From Clostridia bacterium (lineage in GTDB: Bacteria; Bacillota; Sulfobacillia; RBS10-35; JAJYVM01), in NCBI GenBank assembly GCA_027314765.1, contig DAHVAF010000003.1:1-50219 (forward strand): a stretch of DNA of 50,219 nucleotides. Direction: 5' to 3'. Shown piece by piece: positions 27,616 through 39,441 of the stretch; the stretch's first letter is position 1, and each line of letters opens with the position of its first letter. The position numbers were made by a program, and so were the translations under genes. The notes below the pieces were generated by a model, which saw nothing but the letters and a program-made list of their open reading frames with translations, had not been told where the DNA came from and did no database searches.

Positions 27616-28296
27616 TCAGAACCGGAACCGCTCCTTCAGGCGCGCGACCGCCTCGGCCGTCTTCTCCAGCTGGACGCGCCGGCCCAGCAGGTACAGGGCG
27701 AGCAGCAGAAAGGCCGCGTAGTTGATGAACAGGCTCAGGGTCATGCGCGGGTCCATGTTGATGTTGAAGCCCTCGATCGTGTGCGGGTGCAGGCCCTGCA
27801 TCATGCTGACCGAGAGGACGATGATCGGCACGTCCACGTAGCTCAGGACGGCCCAGACGGCCGAGAGGCGCATGCGGGCCGGATCGCCCTGCGCCGCGGA
27901 GCGGATCAGCAGGTAGCCCGCATACAGCAGCCAGAGGATCAGGGTCGCCGTCAGCAGGGGCTCCCAGGTCCACCAGACCAGCCAGACGGCCCGGCCCCAG
28001 ATGGAGCCGGAGATCAGGGTGATGCTGGTGAAGAAGAGGCCGATCTCGCCGGCGCAGCGGGCCAGCAGGTCCCAGTGGTCGCCTTTGCCCAGCAGGTAGG
28101 CCAGGCTGGCCACGAAGACGACCGTGTACGCCACAAGGCACGTCCAGGCGGCGCTGATGTGGAAGTACATGATGCGGTAGACCTGGCCCATGTACGCCTC
28201 GGGCGGGGCGTAGACGAAGGCGAAGAACAGCCCGACCAGCAGGGCGCCATACACCACGGCGCCGGGCACCCGCTCGGACCAGCGCAACAGCGTCAT
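27616..28296 (-). CDS. ccmC: Heme exporter protein C
   Basis: RIMYFHISAAW, Trp-rich WGRAVWLVWWTWEP, LHP. ATGA coupling. Confidence 0.9.
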   Translation of the reverse strand: MTLLRWSERVPGAVVYGALLVGLFFAFVYAPPEAYMGQVYRIMYFHISAAWTCLVAYTVVFVASLAYLLGKGDHWDLLARCAGEIGLFFTSITLISGSIWGRAVWLVWWTWEPLLTATLILWLLYAGYLLIRSAAQGDPARMRLSAVWAVLSYVDVPIIVLSVSMMQGLHPHTIEGFNINMDPRMTLSLFINYAAFLLLALYLLGRRVQLEKTAEAVARLKERFRF

Positions 28297-29786
28297 CCCG
28301 AGACCTCCAGCACGAAGTCGAAGAGGAACGCCGGCAGGGCCAGGTACACCAGGTCGAAGGCGATCAGCAGGCCCGCCCAGGGCGTGGCTGCCCCCGCGGC
28401 CAGGCCGGAGCCGGCCACGGCGCCGCCCGCGAGCCGCACGGAGGCCACCAGCAGGGGCGAGAGCAGGGGCAGGGCCAGCAGCGGCTGCAGCACCTCCCCC
28501 GCCCGCGTGTGGGCGGCGATGGCGCCCGTGAGGCTGGCCACGGCGACCAGCCCGATGCTGCCCAGGCCAAGGGCCAGCAGAAACGCGCCGGGGTGGGCCG
28601 GGAAGTGCACCAGCAGCAGCATGAAGAAGATGGGGACCAGCACCGCCTCCGCCACGGCCAGGAACGCGGCGTTGGCCAGGCACTTGCCGTAGAAGATGGC
28701 GCTCGGGGCGCAGGGGGCGGCCGCCATGCCGGCCAGGGCATCGTTGCCGAGCTCGCGCGCGAAGGAGCGGCCCATGCCGAGCAGACCCGCGAAGAGCAGC
28801 GCGATCAGCAGCACGCCGGTGAAGACCGGCCGCAGGTCCTGCCCCAGGGGGTCGAAGGCGAACCCGAACATCGTCGCCACCAGCAGCCCGAAGACGCCCA
28901 TGGCGGCCAGGTTCTCGCGCCCCCGCAGCTCGAGCAGCAGGTCGCGGCCGGCCACGGCCAGGCACGTGGCGCCCCAGCTCGGCCCCCCACCCGTCCTGGC
29001 GGCGGCAGTAACTACGTTGGGCCTCACCATCGCGGCCACCGGCCGGCGCGCCCGCACCATGTCGCGGTAGCGCTCTTCGAAGGCCTGACCGCGGCCGCGG
29101 AACGGGGATGCGGCGCCCACCTCGCGCACGCGCCCGCCCGCCAGCAGCACGTAGCGGTCGGCGACCGCCAGGGCGGCCTCGAAGTCGTGGCTGGAGACCA
29201 GGGCCGCGCCGCCGGCCGCCCGCCGCGCCAGCACGCGCGCGCTGAGCCGGTCTCCAGCCTCCGCGTCCAGCCCGCTCCAGGGCTCATCCAGCAGCAGCAG
29301 GTCCGGCTCGTGCATCAGAGCCCGGCAGATCGCCAGGCGCTGCTGCATGCCGCGGGAGAAGCCGCCGGCCGGGTCGTCGGCGAAGAGGATGAGCCCCTCC
29401 TCGCGCAGCAGCGCCTCGGCCCGCGCGGCGGCGGCCTGGCGCGCCATCCCGTAGAGCCGCCCGAAGAAGACCAGGTTCTCGCGGGCGGACAGAGCGTCGC
29501 TGAAGAAGGTGCGGTGCCCCACGTACCCGATGGCCGCCCGCGGGTCGCCCCCGGCCGCCGGCCACCGCACCCCGCCGGCCTGGGGCCGCAGCACGCCAGC
29601 CGCCACCCGCAGCAGCGTGCTCTTGCCGGCGCCGTTCGGCCCGAACAGGGCCACGACTTCGCCGGGCGCCACCTCCAGGTCGACGCCGGCCAGGGCCAGG
29701 GTCTTGCCCAGGCGCACCCGCGCGCCGGCGACCTGCAGCGCCAGGGGCCGCGGCTCGCCGCCGGTCTCCAGGCGCACCGTGCTCAC
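28293..29786 (-). CDS. ccmAB: Fused heme exporter ATPase CcmA + permease CcmB
   Basis: N-half has GPNGAGKST, FSRGMQQR, LLDEP, SSH. C-half has RDLLLELR, R.F.RE, GK.LAN, EVL.P.L..P. One uninterrupted frame; GTGA overlap at the start. Confidence 0.85.
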   Translation of the reverse strand: MSTVRLETGGEPRPLALQVAGARVRLGKTLALAGVDLEVAPGEVVALFGPNGAGKSTLLRVAAGVLRPQAGGVRWPAAGGDPRAAIGYVGHRTFFSDALSARENLVFFGRLYGMARQAAAARAEALLREEGLILFADDPAGGFSRGMQQRLAICRALMHEPDLLLLDEPWSGLDAEAGDRLSARVLARRAAGGAALVSSHDFEAALAVADRYVLLAGGRVREVGAASPFRGRGQAFEERYRDMVRARRPVAAMVRPNVVTAAARTGGGPSWGATCLAVAGRDLLLELRGRENLAAMGVFGLLVATMFGFAFDPLGQDLRPVFTGVLLIALLFAGLLGMGRSFARELGNDALAGMAAAPCAPSAIFYGKCLANAAFLAVAEAVLVPIFFMLLLVHFPAHPGAFLLALGLGSIGLVAVASLTGAIAAHTRAGEVLQPLLALPLLSPLLVASVRLAGGAVAGSGLAAGAATPWAGLLIAFDLVYLALPAFLFDFVLEVSG

Positions 29787-30469
29787 GCGCTGCGCCCCGC
29801 CGCGTCGCGCCGGACGCCCACGTAGAGCAGCCCCGCCAGGGCGCAGGAAGCGATGATGATCCACACGGTCGGGGTGAAGGCCGCGGCCGCCTGCGCGATC
29901 CAGCCGGGGGCCGGTATGGCCGTGAAGGCCAGCAGAGTCCCCGGTGGAATGGCCGCGGCCCCGAACTGCCGGACGGTCAGCCCGTTGATCTGGGTGGTGC
30001 CCATGGCCGCCAGCGAGCTGGTGCGCAGCGACAGCTGGTCCGCCCGCATGATGATGGCGAGCTGGGCCGTCGGGAAGTCGACCGTCCGCACGAGGTTCAC
30101 CGGCAGCTGCGGGGCCGGCACGACGTAGCTGAAGGCCACGGTGGCGTGGCCCTGCGGCGGCAGGGTCAGGGGCAGCACGAGGTGGCTGCCGACCACCTTG
30201 GCGGCCGCCACACTCCCGCCCGACTGCACCTGCACGTTCGTCGCCCCGGGGATGAGCGGGAGCTGGATCTGCCGCAGCGCCTGGGTCTGGGGGTTGGCGA
30301 CCCGCACCACATCAAACAGGCTGAGGCTGCCCGGCGCATAGGTGATGGCGATCTGCTCGCTGTCCAGGGCCGGGCCGGACATGGTGGCGACGGGCGCCGA
30401 GGCGGCCGCGACCGGCAGCGCCGACCCCAGCAGGGCGCATCCGAATGCCAGCAGTGCCGCCAAGGGCAC
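29783..30469 (-). CDS. Exported beta-rich protein with C-terminal membrane anchor, unknown function
   Basis: Signal-peptide-like N-terminus (…LPVAAA), beta-rich middle, C-terminal TM helix plus RR. Start uncertain; the stop is coupled to ccmAB. Confidence 0.65.
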   Translation of the reverse strand: MPLAALLAFGCALLGSALPVAAASAPVATMSGPALDSEQIAITYAPGSLSLFDVVRVANPQTQALRQIQLPLIPGATNVQVQSGGSVAAAKVVGSHLVLPLTLPPQGHATVAFSYVVPAPQLPVNLVRTVDFPTAQLAIIMRADQLSLRTSSLAAMGTTQINGLTVRQFGAAAIPPGTLLAFTAIPAPGWIAQAAAAFTPTVWIIIASCALAGLLYVGVRRDAAGRSA

Positions 30470-30489
30470 CTTCGTACTGTGCCACTCCT

Positions 30490-30603
30490 CTGATTTGGCA
30501 GCCGCGCGGCCGGACCCGCGCGGTCCTCTGACGTGGCAGCCGCGCGGCCCGACCCGCGCGGCCGTCTGACCTGGCAACCGCGCGGCCCGACCCGCGCGGT
30601 TCG
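30490..30603. repeat. Three tandem 38-bp palindromic repeats
   Basis: CTGAYNTGGCARCCGCGCGGCCSGACCCGCGCGGYYNN x3, at 30490, 30528 and 30566. Confidence 0.9.
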
Positions 30604-30617
30604 CGCTTCATGGACGG

Positions 30618-31037
30618 TCAGCTCGTGGACGGTGCGGCGGTGTAGCGGCTCGGGCACTTGACCATGAGCTGGGACGCGTGGAAGACTCCGTCCGCGCCGA
30701 GCCGGCCCGCAACCACGACGTTGGTTATGCCGGGCTCGAAGGGGTTCGGCTCAGGCCCGTTGTAGACGACGTGGACCTGATTGGCCGTGCTCTGGCCTGC
30801 GAGCGTGAACGTGAGCTGCAGGTCGCTCGGCGACCACCTGAACCCCGGCTGCAGCATGCCGTTGACCTGCACGAACTGCCCGTCGGCCTTGGCGCCCAGC
30901 GCCGTGAACTGGTCGACGGTGTAGTAGTACGTTGTGGAGCTCGGGCCAAGGCTCATGGCCGTGAGCACCCCGATGGCGGCCAGCACGCCAAGCACCGCGA
31001 CGCCGATCTGCCAGCGCTTGCCGCCCCACCTGCGCAC
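30618..31037 (-). CDS. ccmE: Heme chaperone CcmE, Cys variant (CxxxY)
   Basis: TM anchor, YYYTVDQ, V.Y.G..P.PF, VVVAG, KCPSRY. Confidence 0.9.
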   Translation of the reverse strand: MRRWGGKRWQIGVAVLGVLAAIGVLTAMSLGPSSTTYYYTVDQFTALGAKADGQFVQVNGMLQPGFRWSPSDLQLTFTLAGQSTANQVHVVYNGPEPNPFEPGITNVVVAGRLGADGVFHASQLMVKCPSRYTAAPSTS

Positions 31038-31156
31038 GAGCCGTCCCCGCTTTCCTGCCGGCGCGCGACCGAGCGCGCGCACCTCCGACGCCGGCCCGCG
31101 CGGCCCGACCGCGCGCCCCACTGACCTCATCCGCGCGCGGATCACTCGCGCGCCTC

Positions 31157-31186
31157 ATTATAAGTCAACCCGCAGACGCGCACCAA
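31157..31186 (-). promoter_or_regulatory. Sigma-70/SigA-type promoter of the ccm operon
   Basis: Minus strand TTGGTG-N18-TATAAT. Confidence 0.55.
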
Positions 31187-31267
31187 TCGCCCGATGGTAC
31201 TACACGTGTGCTCCGGACGACCCTGGCCAAAGCCGCGCGGCGCCCGTGGCGGCCGGGGCGGTGCCCC

Positions 31268-32140
31268 CTACGCCTTCAGCGCCCCTTTGACGAGCGGCGC
31301 GACCTCCCACGGCAGCTGCGCCACCTTGGCCCCGCCGGCCGTGAGGGCGGAGACCTTGCTCTCAAAGGTGCCGCGGCCGCGCTCGATGATGGCGCCGGCG
31401 TGGCCCATGCGCTTGCCGGGAGGCGCGCTCTTGCCCGCCAGGTAGGCGATGACGGGCTTGCTCATGCCCTTGATGTACTCGGCGGCCTCCTCCTCGGCCG
31501 TGCCGCCGATCTCGCCGATGAGCACGACGACCTCGGTCTCCGGGTCCCGCTCGAAGCGCTTCAGCATGTCGATGAAGTTCAGGCCGGCGACCCGGTCGCC
31601 GCCCATGCCGACGACGGTGGTCTGGCCGAGCCCGGCATCCGTCAGCGAGCCCACCAGCTCGTACGAAAGCGTGCCGGAGCGGGCCACGACGCCCACCGGG
31701 CCGGACTGGAAGATGGAGTTCGGCGGGATGCCGATCTTGCAGCGCGCCGACGGGGCGCACAGGCCGTAGGTGTTGGGCCCGACGATGGTCGTGCCGCGCT
31801 CGGCCGCGAAGGCGTTGATCACCATGGCGTCATGCAGGGGCACGTGCTCGGAGATGACCACGACGAGCGGCACGCCGGCGTCGATGCACTCCATGACCGA
31901 GTCCTTGGCGAGGGTCCCCGGCACGAACACCACGGCCGCGTTGGCCCCGTGCTTCTCGACGGCCGTCTCCACCGTGTCGTAGACGGGCACGCCGGAGACC
32001 TCCTGGCCCTGCCGCCCGGGCGTGACGCCCGCCACGACCCGCGTCCCGAACTCCAGCATCTGGCCCAGGTGAAAGCTGCCCTGGCGCCCGGTCGCCCCGG
32101 TCACGACGACCCGCGTCTTCTCGTCGCCCAGCACGCTCAT
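31268..32140 (-). CDS. sucD: Succinyl-CoA synthetase alpha subunit
   Basis: [34 protein letters not shown]. Confidence 0.93.
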   Translation of the reverse strand: MSVLGDEKTRVVVTGATGRQGSFHLGQMLEFGTRVVAGVTPGRQGQEVSGVPVYDTVETAVEKHGANAAVVFVPGTLAKDSVMECIDAGVPLVVVISEHVPLHDAMVINAFAAERGTTIVGPNTYGLCAPSARCKIGIPPNSIFQSGPVGVVARSGTLSYELVGSLTDAGLGQTTVVGMGGDRVAGLNFIDMLKRFERDPETEVVVLIGEIGGTAEEEAAEYIKGMSKPVIAYLAGKSAPPGKRMGHAGAIIERGRGTFESKVSALTAGGAKVAQLPWEVAPLVKGALKA

Positions 32141-33303
32141 CCCGCCAAGTCCCCCTCGGTGTCGCCGCGCGCGGCCTCGGCGCCCGCCAGGCCCTCGCCC
32201 GCCAGCGCCACCACGCGCTCCGCCGCCTGCTGCATGGAGCGGAAGGCATCGATCCCCGCGCCGCGCAGGATCGCGTGCCCCTCGGCCTCGTTGGTGCCGA
32301 CCAGGCGCACGACCAGCGGCACGTCCTTGGCCGCCGGCTGGTTCTGTCGCACCTGCACGATGGCCCTGGCCACGTCGTCGCAGCGGGTGATGCCGCCGAA
32401 GATGTTGACCAGCACGGCCTTGGGCCGCGTGGAGACCAGGATGGCCAGCGCCTCGGCCGTGGGGCCCGTCGCGCTGCCGCCGCCGGCGTCGAGGAAGTTC
32501 ATCGGCTTGCCGCCGTAATGCTGCATGACGTCCAGCGTCGCCATCGTGATGCCGGCGCCGTTGGCCATAACGGCGATGTCGCCGTCCAACTGGACGAAGG
32601 CCAGCCCGAGCGCCCGCACCTTCGCCTCCAGCGGCGTCGCCTCGTCGGTCTTGGGCAGGTCGCCGTGGCGCGCCATGGCGTCGTCGTCCACGTTGAGGCG
32701 CGCGTCGGCGGCCATGATGTGCCCGTCCACCACCGCGAGGGGGTTGATCTCGACCAGTTCCGCGTCAAGGCGCACGAACGCGCGGTAGAGCTTGGTGGCG
32801 ATGTCTGAGAACTCGCGGGCCAGGGTGGCGCCGAGCCCGATGCGGCGCGCGACCTGGTAGGCCATGTAGGGCTGCAGGCCCCAGGCCACCGGGATCCCGC
32901 GCTTGATGATCGCCTTTTCGGGGACCTCCTCGATCGCCATGCCGCCGGAGGCGGAGGCGATCAGCATGGGCCGCTTGGCGCTCGGGTCGAACGTGAGCGA
33001 CAGGTAGATCTCCTGGCTGATGGACAGCTTCTGCTCGCAGTAGACGGACCCGACAGTATAGCCCTTCAGGTCCATGCCGAGGATCTGGCGGGCGGCCGCC
33101 TCGGCCGCCTGGGGCGTGTCCGCCACCTTGATGCCGCCGGCCTTGCCGCGCCCGCCGACGAGGACCTGCGCCTTGACGGCCACCGGCCCGAGGTCGCGGC
33201 ACGCGGCGGCGGCCTCCTCCGGGGTGCGGCAGAGCCGCCCGCGCGGGATCGGCACCCCGGACTCGGCGAGGACGCCCTTGGCCATGTACTCATAAAGCTT
33301 CAC
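32137..33303 (-). CDS. sucC: Succinyl-CoA synthetase beta subunit
   Basis: KLYEY, KAQVLVGGRGKAGG, EINPL, NGAG..MAT.D, NFLD.GG, NIFGGI.RCD. Confidence 0.95.
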   Translation of the reverse strand: MKLYEYMAKGVLAESGVPIPRGRLCRTPEEAAAACRDLGPVAVKAQVLVGGRGKAGGIKVADTPQAAEAAARQILGMDLKGYTVGSVYCEQKLSISQEIYLSLTFDPSAKRPMLIASASGGMAIEEVPEKAIIKRGIPVAWGLQPYMAYQVARRIGLGATLAREFSDIATKLYRAFVRLDAELVEINPLAVVDGHIMAADARLNVDDDAMARHGDLPKTDEATPLEAKVRALGLAFVQLDGDIAVMANGAGITMATLDVMQHYGGKPMNFLDAGGGSATGPTAEALAILVSTRPKAVLVNIFGGITRCDDVARAIVQVRQNQPAAKDVPLVVRLVGTNEAEGHAILRGAGIDAFRSMQQAAERVVALAGEGLAGAEAARGDTEGDLAG

Positions 33304-33372
33304 CGTGCAACCCGCCTTCGCAGCCTTGATCGGTGGCCGGCGCGTGCGCGCCGGCCTTCACAATGCGCCTTC

Positions 33373-34647
33373 TTACGACGCCACCGCGTGCCGCGCGACC
33401 TCCGCCACCAGATTCCGGGTCCGCTCCGCCTCGCCCGCCGGGTCCACCGCCAGGGCGGCCACGCCGCTCTCCACGGCCGCCTGGGCCACGGCGGCGGCCA
33501 CGGCCGGGGCCACCCGCGGGTAGGACGTGTCGGGCATCACCATCTCCGGGCTCAGGTCCGCGTCCGCCACGAGCGCGGCGATCGCGTGCGCCGCCGCCAT
33601 CTTCATCGCATCGTTGATCTCGCGGGCGCGGGCATCCAGGGCGCCGCGGAAGACGCCGGGGAAGGCCTGGACGTTGTTGATCTGGTTCGGGTAGTCCATG
33701 CGGCCCGTGCAGATCACGCGCGCGCCGGCGGCGGCGGCCTCGGCCGGGTGGATCTCCGGCTCGGGGTTGGCCATGGCCATGACGACGGCGCCGGGCGCCA
33801 TGCTGCGCACCATCGCCGGGCTGAGCGCGCCGCCGACCGACAGGCCGATGAAGACGTCCGCCCCGCGGATCACGGTCGCCAGGTCCCCGTGCTCGTGGTC
33901 GGGGTTCGTCGTGGCCGCGATCTCCAGCTTGTAGGGGTTCATGTTCTCGCGGCGGGCGGCGTGGATGGCCCCGGCCGTGTCGCAGAGCACGACGCGCGCC
34001 ACGCCCAGCTGCATCAGCAGCTTGGTGACGGCCATACCGGCGGCGCCGGCGCCGTTGATCACGACCTTCACGGCGGCCGCGCCCTTACCCACGATCTTCA
34101 GCGCGTTGATGAAGGCGGCGGCCGTCACGATGGCGGTGCCGTGCTGGTCGTCGTGGAAGACGGGGATGGACGTCTCGCGGCGCAGGCGCGTCTCGATCTC
34201 GAAGCAGCGCGGGGCCGAGATGTCCTCGAGGTTGATGCCGCCGAAGGTCGGGGTCATGGCGGCCACGATGCCGACGATCTCGTCCACGTTCTTGGTGGCC
34301 AGGCAGATGGGGACCGCGTCCACGCCCGCGAAGGTCTTGAAGAGCACGCACTTGCCCTCCATGACGGGCATGGCGGCGGCGGGGCCGATGTCGCCGAGGC
34401 CGAGGACCGCCGTGCCGTCCGTGACGACGGCCACCAGGTTCGCCTTGGCCGTGTACTCGTAAGCGAGGGCCGGGTCGCGGGCGATCTCCAGGCAGGGCTG
34501 GGCGACGCCAGGGGTGTAGGCGAGGGAGAGGTCGTCGGCCCCGCGCACGGGGACCTTGCTCACGACCTCGATCTTGCCGCGGTGGTCACGGTGCAGGGCC
34601 AGGGCCCTGCGCCGGAGCTCCGCGACCTGGTGCTCGGTCAGTGCCAA
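33373..34647 (-). CDS. NAD(P)-dependent malic enzyme
   Basis: DLSLAYTPGVA, DGTAVLGLG, PVMEGK, INLEDI, FHDDQHGTA, ANP.PEI. Confidence 0.95.
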   Translation of the reverse strand: MALTEHQVAELRRRALALHRDHRGKIEVVSKVPVRGADDLSLAYTPGVAQPCLEIARDPALAYEYTAKANLVAVVTDGTAVLGLGDIGPAAAMPVMEGKCVLFKTFAGVDAVPICLATKNVDEIVGIVAAMTPTFGGINLEDISAPRCFEIETRLRRETSIPVFHDDQHGTAIVTAAAFINALKIVGKGAAAVKVVINGAGAAGMAVTKLLMQLGVARVVLCDTAGAIHAARRENMNPYKLEIAATTNPDHEHGDLATVIRGADVFIGLSVGGALSPAMVRSMAPGAVVMAMANPEPEIHPAEAAAAGARVICTGRMDYPNQINNVQAFPGVFRGALDARAREINDAMKMAAAHAIAALVADADLSPEMVMPDTSYPRVAPAVAAAVAQAAVESGVAALAVDPAGEAERTRNLVAEVARHAVAS

Positions 34648-34756
34648 TGCTCGGACCCTCTTCCTGGTGCTGGACGAGGTCGGCGTCCGCGCCGGAGGGC
34701 CGGCGCGGACCTTGCCCCTCCACTTTCCCGGCGGGCGGCCCGATTCCTACCGACTC

Positions 34757-37300
<2,544 letters not shown>

Positions 37301-37332
37301 GCGGGGGCCGGGCGCTCGCTGCGCGATCGCCG

Positions 37333-37878
37333 TCAGCGCGTCCGCTCCTCCAGCCGCTCGAGACGCCGCAGCATGTCGGCGATGGCAGCCTCCGTCACGA
37401 TGGTTCGCGGGCCCAGGACGCCCAGCTCCTCATGGAGGCGCCTCTCCGCCTGATCGCGGGCGGACGCGACACCCTCCGCCACCAGCTCGATCTTCGGGAT
37501 GACGTCCTGCTCAATGAGTGCGCGGAGACCGGTCTCCACACGATCGATCTTGCAGTCGACCCCGTCGATGCGCATCGTCAGGCTCGACTCCACGCGGCCA
37601 ATCTCTGCCCTCAGGCTCGACTCCACGCCGCCAATCTCTGCCGTCAGGCTCGACTCCACGCCGCCGATCTCTGCCCTCAGGCTCGACTCCACGTGGCCGA
37701 TCTCTTCCGTCAGGCTCGACTCCACGCGGCCAATCTCTGCCGTCAGACTTGACTCCACGCGGCCGATCTCTGCCCTCAGGCTCGACTCCACGCGCTCGAG
37801 CTCCGTCGTGAGCCGCGCTTCCGCACCAGCGATCGCTGTGCCGAGCCCGTCCAAGGCCGCCTTCAGCTCTGGCTCCAC
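37333..37878 (-). CDS. Coiled-coil protein with 11-residue tandem repeats
   Basis: (G/E)xVESSL(R/T)xxI repeated 7 times; helical flanks. Confidence 0.75.
   Translation of the reverse strand: MEPELKAALDGLGTAIAGAEARLTTELERVESSLRAEIGRVESSLTAEIGRVESSLTEEIGHVESSLRAEIGGVESSLTAEIGGVESSLRAEIGRVESSLTMRIDGVDCKIDRVETGLRALIEQDVIPKIELVAEGVASARDQAERRLHEELGVLGPRTIVTEAAIADMLRRLERLEERTR
37578..37794. repeat. 33-bp coding tandem repeat (about 6.6 units)
   Basis: TCAGGCTCGACTCCACG(C/T)..CC.ATCTCT.CC. units in frame within the gene. Confidence 0.92.
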
Positions 37879-38020
37879 GCCGGATCACCGCCCTCGATCC
37901 ACCAATTGGTAAATTCAGTATATTCCATGGCGATCTGGCGTCAATCTTTCGGTGGCAGAGCGACAACGCCACCCGCCTCTGACCGGCGGGTGGCGTCGAG
38001 CGTTGGCTGGTGGGCGCTCG

Positions 38021-39385
38021 CTACGCGAGCGCGCCCATCGGATCCCAGGGCTGCAGCTCGATCGGGGGCTGCGCCAGGGCTGCCCGCAGGGCCGGCGACA
38101 GGTACTTCTTCTGCACCACCACCTGGTACATGTACTCGTCGAACCAGGCGTCGCTCATCACGAAGAAGCCGTCGCGCCCGGGCTCCTTGCCCCAGGAGTT
38201 CTCGACCTTCCAGCGCGTTGCGCGGCCATCGACCACGTTGACGCCCGAGAAGACCATGGCGTGGGTCATGCGGCTGTCGCCGTAGTCCAGGCGCCCCGCC
38301 TTGTCCAGGTCGAACGGGACGCCGAGGACGCCGTCGTAGTCGTAGAGGGCGGCGTCCATCACGCCGGAGTCGCGGTCGGACATCTTGCCGACGTCGCAGC
38401 CGAACCAGACGGCCTCGCCGTCCATCAGTTGGGCGAGGGCGATGGACTTCAGGGTCTCGACCTCGGTGTTCAGGTAGAGCACGGGCCGGCCGCCGCGCAC
38501 GTTGCCCAGGTACTTCACGGTGTAGGTGCGGCCGAAGGGCTTGTCGTCCGTCGGGGCGTGGATCACGCTCACGTACTGGTTGAGGTCCAGGGCGACGTAG
38601 CGGCGCAAGAAGTCCTGCGGCGTGATGCCGGCGTCGCGGTGGAAGGCCTTCTCCTTGTCGCGGTACTGGAAGTCGAAGCGGGCCGGCGGCTCGCCCAGGA
38701 ACTGGACCAGGATGCGGTAGACCTCGCCCAGCATGGCCTCCTTGCGCTCGCGCAGGGTGGCGAGGGAGGCGCGCTCGGAGCGCAGCTTGCGGGCATCCTC
38801 CCGCAGCTTCCGCGTCAGGAGGCCGTTCATGCCCCGCGACTGGCTGCTGTGGAAGGTCTCCGGCATCTCGGCCTTGGGCACGACGCCGTACTTCTCCACC
38901 AGGCTGACGAACATGTCCCACTGGCCGCCGTCATTGAGCGGGGCCTCCAGCAGCCAGGAGACCAGGCGGCCGTCGGTGGGCTCGTCCAGGGTCTCCAGGA
39001 TGCTCTCCAGAAAGTAGTTGCTGCGCTCGAACTTGTCCCAGAACTGCGTGTAGGCCTGCGACAGCTCGAAGTCGCCCATGCCGCAGTTCCGCATCACGGC
39101 CAGCCGCAGCGTGTTCAGCCCGGCGAACATCCAGCAGCGGCCGCTCTGCTTCTGGTTGGTGATCGCGCCGGTGTCGATCTCGTGCGAGAACGTGTACTGC
39201 TGGCGGATCAGCACGTCCTGGTCCAGGGCCACCGCCGCGATGCCGTTCTTGCGGATCGCGTTCATCGTGGTCCGCCGGTGGGGGTCGGTCCGGAAGCCCT
39301 CGGACAGGCGGCGCACCAGCTCCGGCGAGACTACGCCGGTCTCTGTGCTCTCCTGCTGCAGGGCCACGTCGTCGGCCACGTCCAT
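38021..39385 (-). CDS. pepC: Aminopeptidase C / bleomycin hydrolase (peptidase C1B)
   Basis: TNQKQSGRCWMFA, DGGQWDM, THAM, WKVENSWG, PWDPMGALA. Confidence 0.95.
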   Translation of the reverse strand: MDVADDVALQQESTETGVVSPELVRRLSEGFRTDPHRRTTMNAIRKNGIAAVALDQDVLIRQQYTFSHEIDTGAITNQKQSGRCWMFAGLNTLRLAVMRNCGMGDFELSQAYTQFWDKFERSNYFLESILETLDEPTDGRLVSWLLEAPLNDGGQWDMFVSLVEKYGVVPKAEMPETFHSSQSRGMNGLLTRKLREDARKLRSERASLATLRERKEAMLGEVYRILVQFLGEPPARFDFQYRDKEKAFHRDAGITPQDFLRRYVALDLNQYVSVIHAPTDDKPFGRTYTVKYLGNVRGGRPVLYLNTEVETLKSIALAQLMDGEAVWFGCDVGKMSDRDSGVMDAALYDYDGVLGVPFDLDKAGRLDYGDSRMTHAMVFSGVNVVDGRATRWKVENSWGKEPGRDGFFVMSDAWFDEYMYQVVVQKKYLSPALRAALAQPPIELQPWDPMGALA

Positions 39386-39441
39386 CACCTCGCTCCCCAT
39401 GTATTCGGGGCGCGGGCGGACATCCCTGGCTGCGGAACCCC

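Noticed and set aside
30490..30603. Possible CRISPR array
   Set aside because: The units are directly adjacent with no unique spacers, and there are no cas genes in the window.
37578..37794. Possible CRISPR array
   Set aside because: It is a contiguous in-frame 33-bp coding repeat with no spacers.
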